A stretch of 64,000 nt of DNA from Octopus bimaculoides (GCF_001194135.2 NC_068990.1:24503885-24567884); one strand, 5' to 3'; counted from the first letter of the stretch, positions 1 to 12,376 are shown. Notes: generated by a model not told the origin, from the letters alone. Numbers and translations: made by a program.

Positions 1-1132
1 TGCTTTAATAATTAATGTTACTATCAACCCGGACCTTTCTACTAACATATCAATGCATGGTCTTCTGCTAATATACGTTCATTCTTTCATTTGATGATAT
101 GTTGCAGTAGAGTCGTGCGACTATTTTGGGCATGTATTTGAGGTTATCAGACAAGGAATGCTGCTCACGGAGCTGCTTTCAAAGTCTCATAATGTTATTA
201 GCCTCATGTATGTAAATTTGGTCAAGGGATGCACTTCGATACTTGGTGGTTAAAAGAAGTTGTCGAAGGGATATGATACGACTTCAAAGGCAGTCTGGAG
301 CGATGTTAAACCTCCACTCCCTTGTTTTTTGTTTCAGATAGAAGCGGTCTACGACACTGTTGATGTGTAAATTATATGTGTTGGCTAGTATCTTCTAGGT
401 TTTCACAATGGCTCGGATTTCATCAAGCGTCCTATCAAGCGGCCAAATGTTGGTATTAGTACAAGTGTCATCGAAAGATATGTTTTCATCCACCCCTAGA
501 CACATGTAAGATTCTTCATCAGATATAGGGAAAACAGTTAAGCTATTAATGGAGATGTTGTTAGTCTGGTTTACAATGTCCCCTCTTTCCACAACCATAT
601 TGCAACATTTATCTTGATCAAACGCCAATCCTATATCCTTTGAAAATGTTGTAACCAGTTCAAGGCTGTTTTTCATCTCATGTATAATCTTGGCATATAG
701 TTTCAAGTCATCCATAACGAAACAGTGTGTAATTTCGGTATGTTTTTTTGTTTTTGTTCTTTTCGTGAACCTGTGAGGTATCCTTCAGACTTCTTTGACA
801 TGAATGACAAGTGGTTTACAGAAAGTATAAACAACATCACAGACAGGCTGTCCCCTCGGAATATACCTCTGCGACACTATATTCTATCAATGATAATACA
901 ATCACCTTTTGCATTTAATTTCATGATAGTGGCCCACGACGAGGTCAACCATGGCTTTGACTATACTCAGTAGAACTTTAATAAGTCGAAGGATTTCAAG
1001 CATCCATGAGTGGGGAACATAGCCAAGGGTATTTTTGTAGTCTAACCACATTGAAATTAGGTTCCTTCTCTGCTCCCACCCTCTGACATTACAGTTTTGT
1101 TTATTAACAATTGCTCGACTTATCCCAAGACT
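1..1132 (-). mobile_element. Degenerate R4/Dong-type non-LTR retrotransposon, RT domain and downstream region
   Basis: Manual minus-strand translation across frameshifts gives EQLLINKTVM..WLDYKNTLGYVPHSWMLE, RGIFRGDSLSVMLFILSVN, (F)VMDDLKLYAK..FSKDIGLAFDQDKC (ORF 395-715), DRFYLK..GGL and QKTMH*Y. These match RT motifs typical of R4-clade elements, in the expected order. Confidence 0.9.
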
Positions 1133-1888
1133 ATGTATGTATGTATGTCTGGCGTGTCCAACATTTCACTTAAATACCATTTGTTTTGATTGTCGTCTGT
1201 TTTAATCATTTATCGTAAAAATGACAATTGAGAAACATAAAGAAATTATATATTGTAATGAAATTTTAGTCGCGATTGTTTTACCTGTTAAATACATATT
1301 TATTTCCTGTATGAAACAGATAAAACGTAGAGACATACAAAATTTATAATATCACAAACTCAACATTATTTCGATTGTGTGAAATGAAATAGCGTCTAGA
1401 CAGGAAACGAAAATCTTTAGTTTGGTGTGGTAACTTTTCATTTTTATTTAGAACAACTGCGGTATCTTTCAATGTTTAATAGAATATAAATATAATATAT
1501 GGACAGAGAATTAAAAAAGTAAGCTTTTACATTTGTATTTATAGAAAGAATATTATAGAAAACACTAGATTACTAAGAAACCTGCTGCCATTTTAAGTTT
1601 CATTCGAAAATTAGTAGGAAATGACTCAATTGATTTGGTATCTGATGAAAAATATTCTGTTCATGATTCAACAGGAAATTATATAAAGTAATCTGAACAC
1701 GTGATATACCCTGGCGGCAGTTATTATAAGGTAAAAACCACTTCCAAATTAATCATGGCAAGCTAGAATTTTGAATTTTAAATCGAAGAGTAACAAACAA
1801 TATCGAATTTACATATTTAAAAAGCTTTTGTTTTCCACTCTCATAAATCCTGTGGTCATAGGAAGCCGTGTATAGTGCCATTTCATAG

Positions 1889-2530
1889 TATTAGGGGAAC
1901 CCGAAAGTAATCCGCACTTTCACCAAAACTTTCTTTCGATTGGCTGCGCTGTCTTCAGCACCACGTGTTGAACAGTAATACTTTTGCAGTTACGTAACCG
2001 ATGGTTGCCGTTGATTGAACCACTTTTATTTCTTGTGTTACAGAGTAAAGATGGCAGATCTACTGGCAGTGTACACGAAGGAACAGCAGAGATCAGTGGT
2101 TCGATTTCTCTGATCTGAAGGTATGTCAGGGACTGAAATTCATTGGAGGCTTTCGATACAATACGGCGATTTTGCTCAACCGCGTAGTAATGCATACGAG
2201 ATGATCAAGAAGTTTGAAACTGGCCGAAAATGCTTGAAGCACAAAGAGGAAGCCGGACGCCAATCATACTCAACCGTTCAACAAACTCGAATGATGGTTC
2301 TTGTGAACTGACGCGTGAACATCGACAAGGTGTCATGTTTTCTGAAAATTAGTCATGGTTCTGCATACGAAATCAAACACAAGTTTTTTTTTTTCCGTGA
2401 AGTCTGTGTGAGATGAGTTCCAGGCGAGCTTGTCGAAGCCCATTAGAGCAATCTTGTTGAGATTTCTCAACGTTTACTCTACTGCTACAACGATGAAGAT
2501 GAAGCTATGACAGAAGGAATGGGTCAATAA
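1889..2530 (+). mobile_element. Mariner transposase N-terminal remnant with probable left TIR
   Basis: From ATG 2051: MADLLAVYTKEQQRSVVRFL*SEGMSGTEIHWRLSIQYG..YEMIKKFETGR..AGR..R*VP. This matches the mariner HTH region and the WVPR motif. TIR-like taTTAGGGGAACCCGAAAGTAA at about 1889. Confidence 0.85.
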
Positions 2531-2987
2531 CTTTGAGCTAGAGTCCAAATGGCAGAGTATGGAGTGGAAACACTCAGAATCACCAGCGAAAACAGAAATT
2601 CAAGTTTAAATCTTCTGCAGAAAAAACTTATGCTAAATAAGTTTTTGGACACAAAAGAGTCTATACTGGAACTTTGCCTGGAATCTATATGATATGTTTG
2701 ACTAATTAAATGCATTTTACAATACAACTTTTAAGATTATTCACAAAATATCTTTCAACTACATTCCAGAGCCCTGATCTTCCACGTGATATTTTTTACT
2801 TATTTTATATCGTTCCTCTTGTGAGCAATATTGTTGTTTATCTTAAGCCTCCAATAACTATTAGCTTGGGTCATTTACAGGTTAACTCCATTTCCCTCGG
2901 TCAAACTGAAGAGCACATGTGTGTACCACTAATGATGTGTGTGTCTACATATATGTGTGTGTGTATATGTATGTGTATGCGCGTATG

Positions 2988-2988
<1 letters not shown>

Positions 2989-3024
<36 letters not shown>
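2989..3024. repeat. (AGAT)n microsatellite
   Basis: Direct reading. Confidence 0.95.
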
Positions 3025-3025
<1 letters not shown>

Positions 3026-4336
3026 TACATATAGATACCTATTTATACATATATATGTGTGCGTTTATGTTTGTATATGTGTGTTCGACCTGACACTTTA
3101 CCCTACCCTAATTAGTGTCAATATATCATTTATGTCGCAGAACATTATTTCTGCAACTGGAATATTTTTCCTGCTCGTAATTAAATATTAAATTTTCCGC
3201 GATGCCATAATCTTGTACCCGTTCCATTCAACTCTTATTGTTTACTCTTATCGCCACATCTCTAAACATAAAAAGACTCATTAACAGTACACCATTTGCT
3301 ATTTATTATTAATCTGGTAGAAACATTAGCAGATTTGATTTCTTCCTAATCTCACTGGAGTTGCTTTTGCCTTTTCTCTCTCCAATGTTGTGTTTATTCT
3401 CGACGTAAGCCCTGACGAAAAAGATGTGTCATGAAAAAAATTCTGGCTATGACAGTCCCATGTATTTGGGGTTAGTATCTCACACTACATTTCCCAATTT
3501 ATGTCATTACCTTTTTTTGTTCGATTTGAGAGAGATGCAACTATTAATTCTAGTAGTTGAGTGATCAAGTAAAGTCTCCTTCGTTTTTCTGCAAGCGCAA
3601 AACATGAACTTTAATGGATTGTTTTTTTTTTTTCATCTTCTCCAAATATATGATTTTGTACCAATAATCGAAAACAAGAGAGACGAACTTTCAGAAAAGC
3701 CTTAAAGAGATAGTAGAGCTTCAATTCTCAGACTTCCGCTTGTTTCATCAACTTTGCATTTCATAATTACTGGTTATGTATTAGTGTGATTAAATCTCTT
3801 ATACTTTTCTCTTGCATACTTGGTGACTTCTCGCTAATGCAGATCGCTATTTAAATTTAGAAAGCAGCAATTAGCTAGAACCAGTAAGGTGTGAGACTAA
3901 AATCCTGTCAGCAAATCGATTCCATAGAGTGTTCCCTTTGCTTACAAAATGTGGGAATTTTAACATTGCAAGAAAATGTTTCAACTTTAGGATACATACA
4001 AGTTCATTCCAGAGGGACAATTCGCACTTTATGAGTATTATTATAAGTACACTCTATAAATTTCAAGAGCATCATTCACTAATTTATTTCATAATTAGTG
4101 AAAGTGTCTATGCATTGTGATTGATTATTATAATATAGCAGAAGAGTGCGGTGAGCTGGAAGAATCGTTACATAGTTGCATAAAATGCTTTGTGGTGTTT
4201 CTTCCTAACCATTACTTTCTGAGATTGCATCTGCTTTTTATTCATTGGAAGTTGATAAAATAATGTACCAGCTGAATACTAAGGTCGATGTAATTCGCCC
4301 CATCCGCCAAAATTAGGATTATTAGTGTTTTAATTG

Positions 4337-4555
4337 AGGCAGCGATCTGGCAGAAATGTCTAACACACCGAGCAAAATGCTCAGGGACATTTCATTAGTA
4401 TTTACGTTCTGAATTCACATTCCGCCGAGGTCGACTTTGATTCCATTCTTTGGAGTTGATAAAATAAGTACCATTTGAATACTAGAATTGATGTAATCGA
4501 CATACCCACTGACCTAAAATTGCGGGCCTTGTGCCAAAATTAGGAAGAATTATAT
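4337..4555 (+). mobile_element. SINE family A (Deu/Nin-like central domain)
   Basis: Head GGCAGCGATCTGGCAGAA, TTCTGAATTCACATTCCGCCGAGGTCGACTTTG..GATAAAATAAGTACCA, tail GCCTTGTGCCAAAATT. Many similar copies occur in the window; a more decayed copy sits at about 4145-4320. Confidence 0.8.
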
Positions 4556-5902
4556 TACCACTGAAAGCAGTTACCTTAAATCCCTGATGCAGCTGGATAC
4601 ACCCATGGTTAAATGTATTTAATTTTCTTTTAGATTTTCTTTCGTTATTTTTTCACAACGATTATGGATATAAACAAACCAAAGTCGGAGCCCCTATAGC
4701 AATGTTTCCATTTTTTTTGCATCTTTTGGTGCAATGGAGGTTTATCAAAGAATTTATTGGTGCATTTTACATGTTTTAAGGATAAAAATATAGAACAAAA
4801 TATAGAAAACATTTGATTACCTTGTTTTATTTACCATCTTGTACATTATAAAATTAGAAAAACACCTACTTAAGAAACAAATTAAGAGCTGATTATTTAC
4901 CTAACTATTATGTATGAACTTTCATAAGTTGTTTAAACTAACTCATATCAGGCCAATAATCCCAAAAGACAAGACAGGTAGTCAGAAGAGAGAGCGTGGG
5001 GATAGACAGATCAATAATTGTTTCTGTCAAAATAAAAATACAAAAAAAAAAAAACGTTGAATAGCAATTTGTATTCGCCCTTTATTGACAGTTACTGGAA
5101 TCACATTCTACTTTACAATGCGCTGAAAAATTTATGAAGTCTTCATCAAATAATCGTACATTTGAAACACAAAGCAGAACTATTGTGTATAAATATTCCA
5201 GACGGAAATATTCCAATAAATTGGTTTCTATTTTTATGTAGATTTGGGAACTAAATTTTGCATCCTTTATTATTCAAATATTCGATAGCTATTTGCTAAA
5301 GTCTATTTCAGCAAGAAATAATATGATAACCTGTAATTTTTACTCTTTGCGTTATATAGAAATACGCTAGAAATGTCACCAGTGTTAGTGATCTACTAGT
5401 TTAATATGAATATTTAAGCAGATTGAAGAGTGGAATTTGTCGAAGAAATTGTTTTGCATGTGTAATAGTTGAGCCTCAAACTATTACTTTCTATAATGAA
5501 GGCGTCCATATGAACAGCTTCTTTGTCTCTATCATTCCGATAACTAAGTACTACAAACATCTGTACGAACATATATATAATCTATAAACATTTTGGTATT
5601 GATGACGATATAGCATACAATGATACTATGAACAAAGACAAGGTAAGCAATGTATATTGAAAAATCTTTAAAGAAGAACAGAAGTCGAATAGTTGATTAG
5701 ATTGATGCAGTGTGCTCGATTAACATTAAAATTTGTGAGAGTCAAAAACAATCCTTAAGGATTTGCACAGAAAGCGTCACTGTGTAATTTATTTTAGAAG
5801 CGAATACGAAGAAGCTCAGAATGAATCCAGACAGCTTTTAGGTGTCGTATACCATCAGACATGCTGCACATTTAAAAAAACAGAAAAGCAAAAGCATCAA
5901 CT

Positions 5903-6359
5903 TTTTTTTACATGCTAGGCCACTGGTAGTATAACTTTGTATAGTTTTTCTACCCTTTATATATATATACTCAAGTATTTGATATTAGCATTTCAAAGTT
6001 CGTTTCGGCATTTTTCATTTTCTGCCGACTGAAACTGCGTCTGCGCAGTGGATTTTGAAAAAATTATAATGTAATCCTTGACGACTGGTTACTGAAGAGA
6101 ATTTGGCTAGTATTTTTTTTTATTTACTAAAAAATTCGAAACCAATAGGACGAACAGTTAAAAATAAGGTAAATTCTTTTAGTTTTTCTTCCCTTTGAAA
6201 TGTTTTAACTTTGTGGTTTTCGGTCGTTTGAGTGTCTTCTACCGTGTAGAAGTTACCTGTTATAGGTAATTTCTCTTATATTTTATATTGAATATGTTGT
6301 CTATTGACTTTTTTACATGCTAGGCCACTGGTAGTATAACTTTGTATAGTTTATCTACC

Positions 6360-6372
<13 letters not shown>
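5903..6372 (+). mobile_element. Penelope-like pseudo-LTR element with ~65-bp direct terminal repeats and a hammerhead motif
   Basis: TTTTTACATGCTAGGCCACTGGTAGTATAACTTTGTATAGTTT(T/A)TCTACCCTTTATATA occurs at about 5903-5968 and 6309-6372. A hammerhead core lies between the two copies. Confidence 0.6.
6084..6158 (+). ncRNA. Type I hammerhead ribozyme motif, one core substitution
   Basis: CUGAAGA at 6092-6098; stem II GAAUUU/AAAUUC; GAAA at 6138-6141; stem III CC-AAUA-GG; C at the cleavage position (6151); stem I ACUG(G)UU/AACAGU. Position 16.1 is A instead of U. Confidence 0.7.
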
Positions 6373-6389
<17 letters not shown>

Positions 6390-6393
<4 letters not shown>

Positions 6394-6600
6394 GAGAATT
6401 CATGAAAAAGCAACAGACGGAGACAGGTGGTGTAAACAACAAATGGATGTATTAGTATAACGCTCGGGAATAGAGAAAGTCTTTAGCGTTTCCAGCCTAC
6501 GCTCTTAAACAGAAAAGAACACTGGAAGAAATAAGGAGAGAAACAAGGAGAGAAGAAAAGGAGAGAAAAAATGCGTGTAGTGGTCAGCGATCTATCATAT
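6390..6600 (-). mobile_element. Penelope-like terminal fragment, same family as 29980-30215
   Basis: Reverse complement reads CTTTTCTGTTTAAGAGCGTAGGCTGGAAACGCTAAAGACTTTCTC..CCCGAGCGTTATACTAATACATCC..CACCTGTCT, colinear with 30093-30200. It ends on (TA)n. Confidence 0.7.
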
Positions 6601-7474
6601 ATATATATATATATATANNNNNNNNNNNNNNNNNNNNNNNNNNNNNNNNNNNNNNNNNNNNNNNNNNNNNNNGAATTCTTTGTGACAGTGATGGTAGTGG
6701 TAATCTGTAATTGATGTCACGGTTGCTTTCCAGTTCGAATATAATATTAAGAATATGTAAACGTTCGGCTACATTTCTGTAATTAAGTTTATATTCAATT
6801 CTCTAAACCTCTTAACTACAATACAAATTTACAAAATCTCAAACGATTTTATAAATTCTATGAGATCCAAGATATTTCTTTTAAAAAAATATAACACTGT
6901 ACTGTCGAATGCAATTTAGTGAATTCATAAATTTCTTTTATATTAAATGTTTCCATCTTAATATTTAAAAAGTCATTTTCGGACGTGTTGAGAAACATTA
7001 ATTTTTGAAATGTTTGACAAACTGAACTTTGAACTCGTTCAAGCATCCAAATTGATGCGCATATTGCGATATATTCGTTTGGTCTGCTTTCTTTTTTATA
7101 GTGACGTACATATAATGATGTTTTGTTCTTCCAAACAACACGACTAACACAATCAGGAGAAGCAATACTTCTGTAAGATTTTCATATTAAAATCAGACGC
7201 TTCACTGGCTGGAAATGTTTCTTACACTTTTATAACTTATTGCATGACGTATGCAAAGAAATATATTGCTGTTTTGAAAAGAAATTAATATAACATCTAT
7301 TAAATACAGCCTGCACAACTTTTAAATATCTATATTTCGTTGTTTCGGCTGGTAAAAAAAAAAGAAATAATAATCAATATATTTTTCCATATTCATTTTC
7401 ATGCAAAAAACAGAATATGTAGATGGTATTTTGGAGACACACATCACGGATATTATTAGCTTCTTAACACAGAT

Positions 7475-7476
<2 letters not shown>

Positions 7477-7551
<75 letters not shown>

Positions 7552-7565
7552 AGAGAGAGAGAGAA

Positions 7566-7612
<47 letters not shown>
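7477..7612. repeat. Compound (TA)n-(GA)n-(TG)n-(GA)n microsatellite
   Basis: Direct reading. Confidence 0.95.
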
Positions 7613-7614
<2 letters not shown>

Positions 7615-7709
7615 CTTTTGTATGTGTGGTATGCGCTTTCCAGAGCAAATAATTCAAATTGATATAGTTAGAAATAAAGAAACTTTAATATCATATAATT
7701 GTAAAGCAT

Positions 7710-7905
7710 CGAGCTAGATGAATTTCTTAGCAGCATCTCTTCTAACTTTTACCTTCTGGGTTCAAATACTACCATGGATTGACTTTCCCTTTCATCCTTC
7801 CAGGGTCGATAAAATGAGTACTAGTTGAGCACTAAGGATCGATATGATCGACTTATGCCTTCTCCTGGAATTACTGACCTTGTGCCAAAATTTGAAACTA
7901 ATATT
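7710..7905 (+). mobile_element. SINE family A copy
   Basis: TTCTGGGTTCAAAT..GACTTTCCCTTTCATCCTTCCAGGGTCGATAAAATGAGTAC..CCTTGTGCCAAAATTTGAAAC. Confidence 0.8.
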
Positions 7906-7927
7906 TATTTATTGTAGTAAAATCAAA

Positions 7928-8300
7928 AACAAGAGCACTCAAAGAGCGCAAACCTCTGCCAAGGCAACACCAACGTCTTCTCAACGATTAGCCAGAGATG
8001 ATTTTTAAAATGGGAATATCTGAAATAAACTCGACTGCTCTCACAAACGAGAATATTAAAAATGAACCCGACCGCTCTCAAATATTAATTAAAAAAATCT
8101 GGAAAAATAATCCAGAATCCTCGTCCGGTACCGAATCTATGCCAAACACAAATCAGTTTGTGCTAGTCATGAGGCCAAACATCCCTAAAAGTTTCACCGG
8201 AAACCATACAGCGGTTCTTGAGATATCTTGTTCACCGTAAAACAAACAAACAAACGCGACTGGAAACAACACCTCTGCCTTCGCCAAGGCGTAGGTAATA
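7928..8300 (-). mobile_element. Non-autonomous Helentron/Helitron2-type (HINE-like) element
   Basis: Reverse complement starts TTATTACCTACGCCTTGGCGAAGGCAGAGG (hairpin), contains (TTTG)n and AAGATATCTCAAGAACCGCT, and ends TTGGCAGAGGTTTGCGCTCTTTGAGTGCTCTTGTT. This subterminal-repeat plus hairpin layout is known from such elements. Confidence 0.6.
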
Positions 8301-9026
8301 AACGTTGAAATGTTATCAAAACAAACGTGTACAGTTGTATGCAGTATTTCTTATGTCAAATGAAAGCTAGAATAATATTTTTTTAAAAAATATATGAAAA
8401 TTACTGAAGTTGATATTAAGCCGAGTGTCCAGCTTCGAAACCGGGACAAAATTATTCCCAAGCTGCCATTTCCATAGCAACTTGTAGAACTATTGATTTT
8501 TTCTTCCGGTTTCTTTTCGCTCTTAATTTTCTTTTTTCTTTCACATATTTCTGGTTCCCTTTTGCTCTAAAATATTAATCACCATTTACTAAGATAACTT
8601 AGAACAGAAGTTACGACAATGGACACAGGAGTAGGCACGCACTTACACACACATGTACACACACTCATGCACACACTTCAAATTAACTTTAGCCTATCAA
8701 TCAAAATAGACGAATCATAGCAACTCAGTGAAATGTTCTGAAGATTTACTGATGACTCACACATGTTGAATAGGGCTTTCCATTCATTCTTAGACGTGCA
8801 TGACTCATTAAAGTACATGCAACACTGTTCACCTACTGCATCGTCCTAGAAAACGTTGATTTATGCATTTGTGTACGACCACGCGTCAACGTCTGTGTAC
8901 ATGCATTTACGAGTTTATGGATCTGTACGTATTTTATATCTATGTTCTCGCATATATGCGTAAAGATATCAATTTAAAAGTGCACGTCTAAATGTATATA
9001 TATTCATCTCGGTTGTTTATTTTATA

Positions 9027-9335
9027 ATGGCACTCCGTCGGTTACGACGACGAGTGTTCCAGTTGATCCAATCAATGAAACAGCCTACTTGGGAATTTAA
9101 CGTGTATGTGGCTGAGTACTCCACAGACACGTGTACCCTTAACGCAGTTCTCAGGAAGATTCAGCGTGACACAGAATGTGACAAAGCTGGCCCTTTGAAT
9201 TACAGATAGAATTCATTTTTACCAGCCATGCGAACTGGAGTAACGTGAAGTATAGTGTCTTGTTCAAGTACAACGCGTTTCCAGGACTTGAACTCACGGC
9301 CTTACGATCGTGACCTCTAAGCCACTCGTCTTCAC
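9027..9335 (-). mobile_element. SINE family B (tRNA head, CORE-like segment, tail ending CCGACGGAGTGCC)
   Basis: Colinear with copies at 51790-52105 and 52143-52458; contains GTGTCTTGTTCAAGTACAAC. Confidence 0.85.
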
Positions 9336-9754
9336 TTAGGCACTCTAAATAAATTTTTCTGCCATAGAATTGTCAGTCAAATTGATTCTATTACTATTCC
9401 ATTGAAACTCGGGATCTGACAGGCAGTGACAACAGAACGACCCGGTAGCAAATAGAGCGGTCTTCTAATTGTTACTTACATTTCGAAGCCGGGTCCCTGT
9501 TATGCATGACTATAGTTCTCTACTGGACATTGACTGCCGCATGCAACTTCTGAAAATCAGTGGCATTACGCATGTACAGTAGAATGAGAAGCAGTGCATC
9601 AAAGTATTGTATTGTGTTTAGGCTGGAAACTATTTATAGTGTCAACAAAAGAATTGACTTCAATAAAGACTACTGATAGCCAGGTGGTGGAGTCAACTTC
9701 ACCTCGAAATTTTATCTTTTTTTTATTATTTATCAGTTTTATTTTTTATTAGTT

Positions 9755-9950
9755 TTTGAAGGTTGCACGTTGGCAGAGACGTTATCGCACTGGTATTTCT
9801 TACAACTCTTTACGTTCTGGGTTCAAATACTGCCGAAGCCGACTTTGTTCTTCATCCATTCAGTTCGATTAAAAAAAAAATAAAAGCTAGCAATGGAGTC
9901 GATGTCACCAACGTCACTCTACCCTCAAATTTGCTACCAAGATTTTAAAC
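9755..9950 (+). mobile_element. SINE family A copy
   Basis: TTACGTTCTGGGTTCAAATACTGCCGAAGCCGACTTTGTTCTTCATCC..GAGTCGATGTCACC. Confidence 0.75.
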
Positions 9951-10300
9951 CAATCATGATTAGTTACTTTCTACCGTATATAACGGCCTAGTACACGATA
10001 GAAGGTCGATTAATTACAACAATTTAGCGTTCGTATTAAAGAAAAGTAACAGCGTAAGTGAAACGAAATTTTATCACTGTGGAGATCAAGACGAGGATTT
10101 GATCTGTCCTCGATTTTTTTTTTTGCCTTGCTGCTGTCGTTTAAAGCGACCACTCCTATACTGGGTATTTTTAGCTGGTGGATATGATCTGACAAAGATT
10201 TAAATACTTTGAACTTGTAGAGCATTCCCTGAGTTATTAAAAATATTTTTAATTAGTTCCTTAAAATCTCTCTGTCAGTTTCACGCTGTTTATGGTTGTA

Positions 10301-10546
10301 GACGCAGGCTGTGTTGCAAGCAGCTTACTTCCCAACCACGTGGTTCCGGGTTTAGTCTCACTCCATGAACCCTTGCACAAGTATCTTCTACTATAGTGTC
10401 AAGTCGACCAAAGCCTTGAGAGTGGATTCGGTTGACGGAAACTGAAAGAAGCCCGTCGAATATATATATATATATATATATANNNNNNNNNNNNNNNNNN
10501 NNNNNNNNNNNNNNNNNNNNNNNNNNNNNNNNNNNNNNNNNNNNNN

Positions 10547-10593
<47 letters not shown>

Positions 10594-10768
10594 GATAGAT
10601 ACATAGATAGATAGATATCTGTGTTTGTGCTTGTCTTACGCCACCGTTTGACAACCGCTGCTGGTGTTTTTACATCCCCATAACTTAGCGGTTTGAAAAT
10701 AGACGACGATAGAATAAGTACTAGATTTTAAAGCCCCAGGATGTTTGCAGTCTAACGACTGAAACAAA
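10301..10768 (+). mobile_element. SINE family C (tRNA head, CORE-like segment, internal microsatellite, 3' body)
   Basis: CCCAACCACGTGGTTCCGGGTTTAGTCTCACT..GGAAACTGAAAGAAGCCCGTCG-(TA)n/gap/(GA)n-TTGACAACCGCTGCTGGTG..GATAGAATAAGTACTAG. Confidence 0.85.
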
Positions 10769-11559
10769 ATTAACGTGGACACACACACACACACACACAC
10801 ACACTCATCTATCTCTCTATATATACATATATATACTTATATACATATACATACATATACATGTATCTACATATATACATATATGTATATCTACATATAC
10901 ATATTTCATACATATATACATCTACACCCACACACACACCCACACACACATACACACTCATATCTATACTGTGTGTGTATATATATTTATTTATTTAGAT
11001 ACATACATACTTATACATTTATCTACACACACAGACACATACACACATGAAGAATGGGTTATGAAATACTTATGTAAACGTGGTATAGATAGTCACCAAT
11101 TAGTGCTCAGAGGTGTGTCTGTGCGAAAACGTGCATGCGTTGCATGTATCTATGCATGGTTTTTCCATAGTGTGCGTTTGTTTGTGGGATGGTATGTATT
11201 ATTGTGGGTGTGTGTGCATGTATGCACGCCATTGTGTATATTGTTGACTTAGCTTTGTGTTAATAACGTGTCATGAAGTTCAACGAGCGTTATGTTGCTA
11301 TATGGCATGTATCACATTAAATAAATACTAACTCACATAATCTATATTATTTAAAAATTAAATAAGTCAGCATAGAGTGTGTTAGACAAAATAACAAGAC
11401 GTGTGACCTTGGATTGGCCATGAATGACATGTTTCAACTTCCTCTCCGTTCTCTCCTGTCGGTAGTTGAGGCTATATAGCTTTGTCAAAAGAACTTAGCT
11501 CGGTTGACATACTAACACTATATGTTTGCTCTTCTATTTTTTAAAGATATTTTAAGTTT

Positions 11560-12020
11560 TTTCTGTATGGAAGGGGTTGGTGTCTAACAAAGATACAAAG
11601 GTCTATCATTGGAATGTTGATAAAAAAAATATCATATTCTAAATTTGAGAAAAGACTTTGATGTTTTCATTCTTCTGCTTACAAATAGTATTTGGAATGT
11701 GCTTGTTCGCAGGGTTGATTTCTTTTTGTTTGTTTTTTTTCTGAAAATCTTAGCTCAATCGGATTTCCACTTAGGTATTTATGAGCGAAACCAAGTGTAC
11801 GAATTATTATTGGTATAAATGAGAATTTAGTTTAGGACCTGTAGTTTCGATATAATAGGTTATAGGAGCTGGAGATTTCGAAATAACTGTTCTTTTTTTG
11901 TACTCTTTGATCTTCGAAGAGTTATTCACATCAGCAGGGCAGCTGTCTTTGATTATTGTATCAGGTTTATGTTTCTACTTGGTAGAAGTTTTGATGAGAA
12001 TGCTCTATCAACATTCCTCG
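11560..12020 (-). mobile_element. Possible highly decayed Penelope-type RT fragment
   Basis: Minus-strand translation near 11570-11620 gives ..SNDRPLYL(C*)TPTP, resembling the PLE RT motif KPNxxPLYIxxxSNHP. The rest is not recognisable. Confidence 0.3.
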
Positions 12021-12343
12021 TGCTGATATGTATGTATGTATGTATGTATGTATGCATGCTGATGTTGCTATTGTTGTTGCAACTGCTGAGCCCTTTTTTC
12101 ATCTATGATCAAGCTAAGACACATTTTAGGAACACACGTAGACATTAGATTTATTAGATGTGGCATCCACAAATAACTGCTCCAGATAAGCTTGTGCGAC
12201 TACGTTTGATAGACAAACATTTAACCTTGCAGAGAAAGTTCTGTAGTTACTCCATAATGTTGTCTCCAGAGCAAACCAAATAAACGCTCGAATAGTTTCG
12301 CCTGTTTGTTGCCAATTCATCAGGGGTGAAAAATCCGTTCGTT

Positions 12344-12376
<33 letters not shown>

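Noticed and set aside
4945-5023. Strong minus-strand acceptor (poly-T..ttttgacAG) at about 5024
   Set aside because: There is no convincing donor and the peptides are unrecognisable.
7998-8240. 80-aa ORF MIFKMGISEIN..
   Set aside because: It lies wholly within the Helentron-type non-autonomous element and has no domain.
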